The notes under the pieces were generated by a model that was not told the DNA's origin, did no database searches, and worked only from the letters and a program-made list of their open reading frames with translations. A stretch of DNA of 63,886 nucleotides from Antechinus flavipes (Eukaryota). The translations under genes were made by a program, and so were the position numbers. Positions 32,601 to 42,700 of the stretch are shown here, one piece after another (within the stretch, counting starts at the first letter, position 1; the number at the start of each line of letters is the position of its first letter). Where the stretch lies: the NCBI RefSeq assembly GCF_016432865.1, contig NC_067401.1, forward strand, positions 11,098,001 to 11,161,886, given 5' to 3'.

Positions 32601-35600
32601 GTAGCGAGCGGGGAGGGGAGCGCGGGGACCGCCTGGACCGCGCTCGGGCCCAGATCCCCAAGCGGAGCTTCAGCAAAGAGGTGGAGGAGCGGAGCCGAGA
32701 GCGGCCTCTGCAAGCGGAGGGGCTGCGCAAGGCGGCCAGCCTGACCGAGGAGCGGGACCGCAGTCGGGACGCAGGTAAGGGGCGAGCAGGGCCAAGGAGG
32801 AGGGGGCTGCCCGGCCAGGTGGGCGGCCCCTCCACCTCCCTCTAACTTCTCTGCAGTGAAGCGGGAGGGAGCCTCTGCCCCCTCTGGACCCCCCAAGGCT
32901 GCGCTGTCTGAGGAAGAGCTGGAGAAGAAGTCAAAAGCCATCATTGAGGAGTTCCTGCATCTCAATGACATGAAGGTGAGGTGGGGGCGGGCAGGGAGGG
33001 GCCGTCGGGAAGAGTGCGTGCCCTTGCCAGGGACCGGCCCGCCTGACTCCCCTCCCTCATTGCCCCCACGGCCTCCAGGAAGCGGTACAGTGTGTGCAGG
33101 AGCTCGCCTCGCCCTCGCTGCTTTTCATTTTCGTGCGGAACGGCATCGAGTCGACCCTGGAGCGCAGCACCATTGCCCGGGAGCACATGGGCCAGCTGTT
33201 GCACCAGCTTCTCTGTGCCGGGCACCTCAGCACCGCTCAATATTACCAAGGGTAAGCGGGCCCCCGGGGCAGCCCCTCGGGCGCTGACAGACGGGTCTGT
33301 GGCCCGCTCCCCGGGCCCTCACCTCCAGTCTTTGCAGGCTCCATGAGATCCTGGAGGTGGCTGAAGACATGGAGATTGACATCCCCCACGTGTGGCTGTA
33401 CTTGGCGGAACTGGTGACGCCCATCCTCCGGGAAGGCGGGGTGCCCATGGGGGAGTTCTTCAGGTAACATCCCGGTGGCCGGCGGCGGCCAGGGGCGGGC
33501 CGACTTTGGGGAGGTGGGAAGTGACTCGGTCTGACTTTCTCTGCCCCCACAGGGAAATATCGAAGCCGCTGAAACCCCTAGGCAAAGCTTCCCCTCTGCT
33601 GCTGGAGATCCTGGGGCTCCTGTGCAAAAGTGTGGTGAGTGTGGAGTGCTGAGGGTGGGAGCAGACCCCGAGCCCGCAGACCCTCTCAGTGTGGCCCCTG
33701 GCCCCGGAGTGGGGGGAGGCGAAATCAGGCTAAGTCTCCTCGCTTCATGTGGGCACGCGTTGCTAGGGAGCAGAGGCCCAGGGCTCAAATCCCCTCTGTG
33801 CTGGACAAGTCACCGGCTTCAGAGATGCGCGCAGTCTGGGGCGGGGGGTGGTCTGACAGGTTCCTGGACCTTCCTTCGCTGCCCCATCTTGACTCTGCAA
33901 GGGCCTTGAGAAAGGGGCCTCCAGGGCTTCTTCCAGCTTGGACATTTAGGGAGCAAGAGTAAGTGGGACATGAGAAACCCACCAGGGAGAAGACCTAGAA
34001 GAGGAGGGGCAGGAAGGTGGAGCGGAGGCGCTCCCGGTTCTCTCCCGCACTGTTGCTCCCTGTTCCCTTCCCGCTGCCTCCTCTCCCCAGGGGCACAGGC
34101 CACCTTTGTCCTGGGCTCCGGGTCTCGGGCACTGCATCGACTCCCGGGGGCTCAGTTGTTGGCCCCTGCCGATGACTGCGCAGTCTGGGCGAGCCTCTCG
34201 AGTGGCTCTTCTGAGCTGCCCATTTCCATCCTCCTGGCGCATGATTCCGAATGCCGTGCTCTGTCGGCATCTCTGATTCGGCCCGACCCAAAAGGGACTT
34301 GGGGTTTCTCCTCAAAGCCGCCTCTTCTTGTCCCTGGCAAGGGCCCCGCACTCACCTTCCTTTTCTTGAACTCAGCCCAGGTCTCAGTGGTCCCTTAGTG
34401 AACTCAGTAAACTATCGAGGGGCGAACTATGTCCTTCCCCAACTTGGTGAATTCTGTGGTTGTCTAGGAGGAAACATAAGGGCCTCTGGCTTTTGAAAGC
34501 CCGTCCCAGCTGGACCTTGCCATGGCACCTTGGCAGCCTTGCACATGGTTTCCCTTCTCTGTGGCCACACCGGTCTTGGTGTTCTTCATACACAGCACTT
34601 CGACTCTGGGCCATGTTTATCCTGGCTTTCCCTGCCTTAGGCCTCCTACAATTCTTCTCCAGTGGCATTTTCTCCATGAAGCCTTTTCTTTGCTTTTTTA
34701 AAATGTTAAACAATTTTTCTCATTTTCATTTTGAGTTCCATGTTCTATTTTTCCCTCCCTCCCCTTCTCTCCTCTCTGAGCCGGTAAGCATCTTGCTATA
34801 GGTTATACACGTGCAATCACGTAAACCATCTCCATCAAGTCATCTTGTACAAGTTGGCAAAAAAGAAAACGTGCTTCAGTCTCTCTTCAAATGGGATCAG
34901 TTCTTTGGAGGCGGATAGTGCGCTGATTTTTTAGTGCTTTGGGGTTACCTTGGCACATTGTATTGCTGAGAACAGTTGAGTCACTTATTTGAGCATCCTC
35001 TTCATATTGCTGTTACTTTGTATAATTTCTCCCGGTTCTGCTCACTTCACTTTGTATCAGTTCGTGTAAATCTTTCCAATTTTTCTAAAATCCTCCTGTT
35101 TGCACCATTTTTCATGGAACAATAATATTCCATCATAGTCATAATTTTTTGGCCATTTACCCAATTTTCAGTTTTCATTCTTAGCAGCCATAAAAAGAGC
35201 AGCTGTACAAAGAGATATATAGACCTAGTCAGGGTACTGCTGGGACATTATCGTATCGCTGCTGCTGGAGTTGTGGACTGATCCAACCACCGATTATTCT
35301 GGAGAGCCGCTTGGAACTGTGGCCAAAGGGCTAAAAAACTATTCCTACCGGTTGACCCAGCATGAGTATGATGAGTAGATAAGCTAGATCTTTGGCCAGT
35401 GGCAGGCTGGAATTGTCTCATTTTTCCCACATTCTGATATTTATCGGTTTCCTTTTTTGTCACATGAGCCACTCTGCTAGGTATGAGGTGGTCCCTCGGT
35501 TATAATTTACATTTCTCTAATCGGTAGGGATTCAGCATTTTTTTTTTCATGACTAGAGATAGCTTTGAGCTGAAAACTTCCTTGTTCATCTTCTTTGACC

Positions 35601-38600
35601 ATTTTATCAGGTGGGGAATGACCTGTATCACAAACTCAATTCTGTGTATGTCAGAGAAATGAGAACTTCATCAGAGATACTTGCTGCAACAAGTTTTTCT
35701 CCAGTTTTCTGTTTTCCTTCTCATTTTTATTTCATTGATTTTGTTAATGCAAAAAAGTTTGCGTTTTGTAATCCTCTCTTGTCTTGTTGGTCCTAAATGC
35801 TTCCCTTCTCTGAAGGCCTGACAGAGACTCTTCCATGCTCCCCTACTTTGATGGAGCCTTTTCTTGATTTGCCTGCTGTGACCGTTAGTGCCATCCCAAA
35901 CTCTGGTGTTTGTTTTGTCCGAGTTCCCCATCTTTAACACTGTGACTGGGGCCACAGGAGTGGACTACCTTTAGTGTCTGGTACTGAGGGGGGCGGCTTA
36001 CCACATGCTTCTTTATTGATTAAAAGGCCATTAAAGGCATTTAAGGTTTTTTCAGGATGAACTTCAGGGGTTCAAAGATGGCAAAAACCAGCCTGTGCCC
36101 CAAAGCTGCTTACAGGCTACTAGAGGAAAACAACATTTGTGAGCAGATGAGTCTATATAGCCCTGGCAGCTGTGGGAGTCCAGAGGAGCTTCCAGTGGGA
36201 AAGGAAGTATGAGGGACAGTAGCAGCTGGCATTTTATAGCCCTTGAAGGTTTGCAGAGACAGTCACTGTTGGTAGAGTTGGTGATGTGCCCAAACCCATA
36301 TGGTTCAGCTGGTGTTTGAGGCACGAGGCCCTTAGCCTAGCCTCTGTCACCCTGCTGGTGGGTAGCTGAGGGAGGGCAGAAGAGGTTTTGTTTTGTCGTG
36401 AGGACGGTGGGAAATGGCACGATCTAGCTTGTTCCTCGGGAGCTGTGAGACGGATGGCTGGGAGCTGGAGCTAAAAGCAGGGAGACCACTCAGGATACTG
36501 GCCATGGTCCAGGCAAGAGGCCGGGAGGCTGTCGATCTGGTGGAAGAGGGATGGCTGCCTAGATCAGGGAAAGGAGGGGTCAAGGACAGTTGAGGAGGAG
36601 GTGTTCTGGGAGGTATCACACAGACATTGGAGAGATGAGGGATGGCCTTAAGGGGCTGCTTCTGTGCTCTCCTCATGGAGGCCTTTGGTCCTGGGTCTGT
36701 GCCCTCTGTCAGTGGTAGGGAGAGGTTCTTGTTGAAACATACACTTAAAAGCAGACATACCCATTTCACGACTGCCGCCAGTGAGCAGGGAAAAAGCCCC
36801 AATAAGCACGTGTGTGGTTCAGCAGAGCAGATGGCTACATCTGAAAATACCTGCTGCAAACTTTGTAAAGCCCCTGCACTGTCTGTGGCAAATAGAATGT
36901 CCTTTGTAAATTGTTTCTCCTTTCTGCATTTGAAGTCCATGTCACCTCTGTGTTAAGAGAAGGGACGCTGCTTCTTGTTGTAATAATTCTTTTGGACACA
37001 TGGTGTTGATAGGAAGTTGTAAAGACTTGGATGACAGTCTCATCGTATACATTGTTCTCTTGGTTCTGCTCACTTTGCTCTGTCCCAGTTCAGTGAGATC
37101 TTCCTGGTTTCCTCTGAAACTGTCCCATTTCCTCATTTCTTAAGGCTCAGCAAGCCCCCTTGTCAGTCTGCAGCAAGAGGACACCCTCTTGGTTTCCATT
37201 TTGGGGGCTGCCACATAGAACCTCCCCACAGAAAGTTCCTTTATTCTGATGATTTGAGGATTGAGACTTCGTTAGTGAGATAAGGAGATGTTGGGTCTGA
37301 ATGATTTAGGACATTTGTGGGCCTTGTCTTTTTTGGTGGGGCAGTACATTTTTAACTTTATATTACATTTTGAATCCTAAATTCCCTCCCTCCTTGAGGA
37401 AAGGTGAGCAATTTGCTATAGATTATTAAGAAGCAGGGGAAACATTTCCACATTAACCATGTTGCAAAAAGAAAATAGAGCAAAAAACCCCAAGAAAAAT
37501 AAAAGTAAAAAAATAGCTTTGCTCAGCATTCCGATTCTCTGCTGGAGGTGGATAGCATTTTTCATTATCTTCCAGGATTGTATTGCTGAGAATAGCCAAG
37601 TCATTCACAGTTGAACATGGTATAGTTTTGCTGTGACTTTGTACAACGTTGTGGTTCACTTTGCGTTACTTCGTACCAGCTTACCCGTATTTTTTTTTTT
37701 GAAACCATCCTTCATTTCTTAGTATACCATCACACTCCTCTACCACAGTTTGTTTCCAAATTGTAGGCATCCCTTTAATTTCTAATTATTTGCTCGTCAC
37801 CACAAAAACAGCAGGTAAAATAGATGATTTTCCTTTTTTCTTGGGTCCCTTTGGGATATAGACTTGGGACACCCAGTATTGCTGGGTCAAAAGAGTATGC
37901 AGAGTTTGGTTGTCCTTTGGCCATAGTTATTATTCAAAATGGTTGGATCTGCTCACAACTCCAGCAATAGTGTATTAGTATCCACTTAAGTTATGGTTTG
38001 TGATCACCTCATATGGGGTCTCGTAACTGAATGTGGGAGTTAGGAAATTGATTTATTGTCACTAAATTTTGATTTTTATATCTTTTATATTGCTATATAC
38101 TGAGGGTCATGTAAAAATCACAACAGAAAAAGAGATTGTCAAGTAGAATGAAGCTATCAGTTTTTCTCTATCCTCTAAAATTCATCATTTTCATTTTCTG
38201 TCATTATAGCCAAATCTGATAGATGTTGGGGTGGTAGCAGTTATTTTATTTTCCTTTTCTCTAATCAATAGTGATTTAAAATGTTTTTTATATGGCCACT
38301 GTAGATAGCTTTGATTCCTTCTAAAAACTGCCTGTTCATATCCTTTGACCATTTATCCATTGGGGAATGACTTTGTATTCTTACAGATTTGATTTAATTC
38401 TTTGTATGTTTGAGAAATGAGGTCTATTTATCAGAGATAGTTGCTGTAAAATGTTTTCCCCAGTTTTCTGCTTTACTTTTAATCTTGGCCTTAAGTTTTA
38501 TTTGTGCAAAAACCTTCAAATTTAATATAATCAAAATTGTTTTAATTTTGCAGTGCTTGTTTGGTCCTAAATTGTTCATATACCATAGATCTGACAGGTA

Positions 38601-40619
38601 AACTCTGTCATGCTACTCTACTTCGCTCGTGATAATCACCTCGTATGTGTAAATCATGTGCCCATTTTGACCTTATTTTGCTGTGTGGAGTGAGGTGTTG
38701 GTCTGTCTCATTTCTGCCAAACTCCTCTCCAATTTTCCCAGCCATTATCGTTAATGGCTAGTTCCTACCCTAAAAGGTGGGATCTTTGCATTTCTCAAAC
38801 ACTAGATCACTCTGGTCACTTACTACCGTGTTGTGGGCCTAATTCCAAATTGCTTTCCAGAATGGCTGCCAGCTCCCAACTCCACCAGCAGCACAGGAAA
38901 GCAGCTCTGTTCTTGGCTCCTCCTTTTAAACATTGTCCTATTTTGTCATCATAGGTGCTTTTTATTAGTGACTTAGAGAATTCTTTTCATGGGATTGTTT
39001 CATAGCTTGAGTTTCTTTGAAAACTGCCTCTTCAACATTTTTTATTTGGGGAAGGCCTACCTCTTGCCTCTTCTTCCTTTGAATCAGTTCTGGATATGAG
39101 AGAAATTTAATGCAGATTTTCCTTCTAATTATTTCTCATTGGATTTAAAAAAAAAATTTCTCATTAGATAAAATTGTTGATTTTAGTAATCTAATCCCTA
39201 TGAATATTTTTCCTAACCATAGATCCAGATGGTAAATTTCTTGTCTGATTTTAGGGTATCTTTTTTCTAGTTCATGTATCCATTTGGAACTTTGCTTAGC
39301 GTACTAAGATATGATGGATGGTCTGAACCCAGACCGTGGTCATGTTGTTCTTAAGGAGGGATGGGCTTGGCATATGAGATGGGAGGCATAAGGGGGCTGA
39401 AGGGATCTTGGCTTTTTTCCAGGGTCACAAAAAAGTTGGGGTACTGTGGCGAGAGGCTGGGCTCAGCTGGAAGGAATTCCTACGTGAGGACCAGGACATC
39501 AACTCCTTTGTTACTGAGCAGGTAGGCGGGTAGGGCTGCCCTTAGATGGCGACCTTTCGGTTCTGCTACAAAGCCTCATGGGATTGGGCCCCCTCACCCC
39601 GACCCTTGAATTCTCCGTCTTAGAAAGTGGAATACACCCTGGGAGAGGAGTCGGAACCTCCGAGCCGGCGAGAGCTTTCCCCTGACGAGCTGAGCCAGCA
39701 GCTGAAGAAGCTGCTTAAGGAGAGCACCAGCAACCAGAGAATCTATGACTGGATAGAGGTGAGAAGCGGGCCCAGGACCAAGAAGGGGCTGTGGGGGAGG
39801 GGTCTTGGGAGGGCCGGCGGGCTCACAGGTAGCACCTCTCCTTCAGGCCAACCTGAGCGAGCAGCAGGTGGCTTCCAATACCTTGGTCCGTGCACTCATG
39901 ACCGCCGTCTGCTATTCAGCCATCATTTGTAAGCTGTGGGGGGCTCTTACCGCCTGGGGAGTGGGGAGGGCCGGGCTGATCCTGTGAGGGGCGCGGGCTG
40001 GAGGTGGGCCCAGCTGAGTCAACTCCCATCTTCGTTGGCAGTCGAGTCCCCCCTGCGAGTGGATGTGGCCGTCCTGAAGGCCCGAGCGAAACTTCTACAG
40101 AAATATGTGAATGATGAGCAGAAGGAGCTGCAGGCGCTCTATGCCCTCCAGGCGCTGGTGGTCACCCTGGAGCAGCCAGCCAGTAAGTCTGAGCCTGGGC
40201 TGGAGCTGGGCCTGGGCCTGGGCCTGGGCCTGTCTACTTGGGGCCTGGGCCCGTCTGCTTGGGGCCCGGGCCGGGCAGCCTCATTGGTTCCTTGGGCTCG
40301 CCCTCCTTCCTTCTACTCGACCTCTGGCTCTGGTGAATCTTATGTTTTTGGGGTTTGCTCCCCCACTGCCCCCCTGTAAAGGATGAGAAAGGGCGGTCCC
40401 GGGCCCTGCCCCCTCACACGGCCTTGCCTCCCTGCAGACCTACTACGCATGTTCTTCGACGCGCTCTACGATGAGGACGTAGTCAAAGAGGAGGCCTTCT
40501 ACAGCTGGGAGAGCAGCAAGGACCCCGCTGAGCAGCAGGGCAAGGGCGTGGCCCTCAAGTCTGTCACTGCCTTCTTCACGTGGCTGCGCGAGGCCGAGGA
40601 CGAGTCTGACCACAACTGA
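23645..40619 (+). CDS. EIF4G1: Eukaryotic translation initiation factor 4 gamma 1, about 1624 aa with microexon; one exon has a 1-nt frameshift in this assembly
   Basis: join(23645-23704,23930-24016,24486-24506,24965-25141,25334-25433,26136-26248,27007-27099,27280-27346,27442-28302,28660-28751,28839-29024[frameshift],29115-29248,29366-29533,29620-29808,30022-30219,30308-30454,30911-31147,31263-31367,31473-31632,31862-31962,32088-32190,32337-32439,32542-32774,32857-32975,33079-33251,33338-33463,33553-33634,39423-39521,39624-39758,39847-39928,40042-40182,40438-40619). All introns are GT-AG. Contains the PABP-binding segment ([23 protein letters not shown]), the eIF4E motif YDREFLL (29153-29173), and MIF4G, MA3 and W2 domains; ends [12 protein letters not shown]. 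Confidence 0.97.
24486..24506 (+). CDS. EIF4G1: EIF4G1 21-nt alternative microexon (GGFRSLQ)
   Basis: ctcag|GGAGGATTCAGGTCTCTGCAG|gtaatg, phase 0-0. Peptide matches the known neuronal eIF4G1 microexon. Confidence 0.9.
29822..29995 (+). repeat. Degenerate ~42-50-bp tandem repeat (4 units) in an EIF4G1 intron
   Basis: gggcctcacgtggc(a/g)(c/t)gctctgctcc recurs, with CACGTG at 29831, 29926 and 29971. Confidence 0.8.
31708..31786 (+). ncRNA. SNORD66: C/D box snoRNA SNORD66 (HBII-142), guide for 18S rRNA Cm1272 in human numbering
   Basis: Box C GTGATGA 31715-31721, D' CTGA 31750-31753, C'-like GTGATG 31760-31765, D CTGA 31777-31780, terminal stem TTCTCC/GGAGAG. Guide GTGTCTGGGCC is complementary to 18S GGCCCGGACAC. 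Lies about 75 nt upstream of the 3' splice site in an EIF4G1 intron, the known host gene. Confidence 0.92.
34690..39310 (-). mobile_element. Cluster of decayed L1 fragments filling the 5.8-kb EIF4G1 intron (33635-39422)
   Basis: AT-rich, CpG-poor blocks repeated within the window (e.g. ttcctttgaccatttatc..ttggggaatgac at about 35595 and 38340; ggttctgctcactt at 35034 and 37063). Confidence 0.7.
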
Positions 40620-40742
40620 GGGCGGGCGCCGGCCAGGCGCCCGGGGGGTGGCCAGGCCACCCAAAGGGACACGCAGAGAGGGGCCGCACAGACTGCAGGG
40701 GGGGCTGCGGTGTGCGCCTGTAGCGTGGTGTGTGTCTGAGCT

Positions 40743-40748
40743 AATAAA
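40743..40748 (+). terminator. EIF4G1: EIF4G1 proximal poly(A) hexamer AATAAA
   Basis: ctAATAAAgt about 124 nt after the stop codon. Confidence 0.5.
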
Positions 40749-41034
40749 GTGGTGGCTGACGAGGCAGGATGGCTTGGGGCTGCCTGGGCCCCCCCCTTCC
40801 AGGACGATGCCAGGCGCCCCTCCCCCCAGGGGCATAGAGATATATTATATATAAAGTCATAAAAATTGGTGTGGGGGTGGGGTACCACCGCCTACCCCTG
40901 GGGTCCTTTTTTTTATTTTAAGAAAATCACTTTGGGACGGCCGTCCTCGCTGCTGGGGGCGTTCCGCCCCAGCCCCCCGCACCTCCTCTGCTACTGCCTG
41001 GGCAGGGGAAAGGGGGGGCACGGTGCCTGTAATT

Positions 41035-41040
41035 ATTAAA
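41035..41040 (+). terminator. EIF4G1: EIF4G1 distal poly(A) signal ATTAAA
   Basis: tgtaattATTAAAcatgaattcaattaag followed by ttccttgtgtctctgctttct. It resembles the human 3' end as I recall it. Confidence 0.7.
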
Positions 41041-41399
41041 CATGAATTCAATTAAGTTCCTTGTGTCTCTGCTTTCTGCCCCCCTCCCTGGAGGGGGCGC
41101 TGGGCACAGCTCTGCAGGGGGATGGTCCCTCGAGCCTTTTTGGGCAGTTGTCGGCCTGGGTGGCTGGAGAGGCTGCTCAGGCCTTGTTCTCCCATGGGGC
41201 CTTGAGAGTGGGCCCGGATGAACCTAGGATGCTTGAGGCTGGGGAAGCCCTGACTGCGGCGGAGGGGGGGGGGCGGGAATGTCAGGGCTTGTGCCCCCTG
41301 GGTTTGAGGAGTGGGGGAGCTGCAAGGTGATGAGGCAGCATTCGGCCAGTGAAGGGCCCTGGCTTGGCTAAGGGCACTGGCAGGCTGGGCGGGGAAGTA

Positions 41400-42700
41400 G
41401 TGATGGCAAAGGACCACCCCTCCACCCTCCTCCTCGTATTGAGGCATCTGCCGGGCCTCCCGACTCCGGGCCGGGCTCCCGGGGGCCAAAGCCGCTTGGC
41501 CCACCTGGCTCGGCCCCCCCCTCCCCTAGCTGTGACGTCAGCCCCGCTCCCCGCCCTCCCGGGCCCAGTGGCGTCACGGAGCCCGCCCCCAGCACTGACG
41601 TCCCCCCCCCCACCTCGGCTGCCGGCGGACTAGCGGCTCCGGCCCCTCCCTTCCCCGCCTGCTCCCCTCCCTCCTTCCCTCCCTCCTTCCTCCCTCCCTC
41701 CCGGGCCTCGGGAAGGTGATGGCCCGCGGCCCCCTCTGAGCGTCCGCGGGCCCTCCCTGGCCATGGGCTGCATCGGCTCCCGGAGCCCCGCGGGTAAGAG
41801 GGGGCGGCGGGCGGGAGCGGGCTCCGGGCAGCGCGGCGCGGCGGGGTCCGGCCCGGGGCAGCGCGGCGCAGCGCCGCGGGGGGCCCGGGCAGGTGGGCCC
41901 GAGGGGCGCAGGGATGGACGGCGAGGGATGGAGGCTCCGAGGGACGGAGGCTCGGAAGGATGCGGGGAGCGAAGGCGCTGGGGAGGGGGCCGGAGCCCGG
42001 GCGCGGGGAGGAGGGGAGGAGCCTGGTCCCCGCCGAGAGGAGGGGGGAGGGAGGGAGGGGAGGGGGGAGCTTGTGCTTCTGCGCTTCTCACCTGCCCGCT
42101 CTCGCGGCCCCTAGACCTGCCCGGGCCCGCTTCCCACCTGGCGCGCTGCTGAGCCGGGCTCTGCCTACCTTGACGCGGCCCTCTCAGCCCGCCCCGCAAT
42201 CCAGCCATCCTGCCCTCCGCCTGCCCACACGTCCATAGGGATGCCCAGCTCCTGGCCCGGCCTCGCGGCAGCCGTCCCCGCGTGGTCCCGCCCGCCCCGT
42301 TAGCCGGCCCCTGCCCGCCGGAGACCTCCGGGGGCCCCGCTCGCGCAGCGTCCTCCCCCACCCGGCCGCCTGGCCAAGCCCTGCGAGGGGAGCAGCGTTG
42401 GCCCGGCTCGGGCCGGCCTCCCCCGCCCGTCTCCGGCTCCCCATCCGAGGAGCGAGCCCTTAGCTCCCCATGGTCCCGCTGCGTTCTAGGGGCAGAGGTG
42501 CATGCTGGGACCTGTAGTGCGGCTCGGGCTGCTAACCTACTTTGTGTCAGTGGGCTGCCTCGGGGGAAGGCCCGGCCGCCTGGGCCTGTGTGGCCCCGCC
42601 TGTGCTCCCGCTGTCTGCGGGTCGGGACCCTGGATGGTGGGAGCCCGGCCTGACGGGGAGCCGGGAGCTGTTGGCAGCTGGGCCCCGGCTCGAGGCCTGC
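41400..42700. promoter_or_regulatory. FAM131A: FAM131A CpG island and promoter with a full CRE TGACGTCA (41533-41540) and two CRE half-sites
   Basis: CpG-dense region. tgTGACGTCAgc, ggCGTCAcgg (about 41572) and acTGACGTcc (about 41596). Confidence 0.7.

Noticed and set aside
33635-39422. Hidden nested gene or extra SNORD66 copy in the 5.8-kb EIF4G1 intron
   Set aside because: Dominated by decayed L1/SINE sequence; no C/D box pair with the guide and no spliceable ORF with homology seen.
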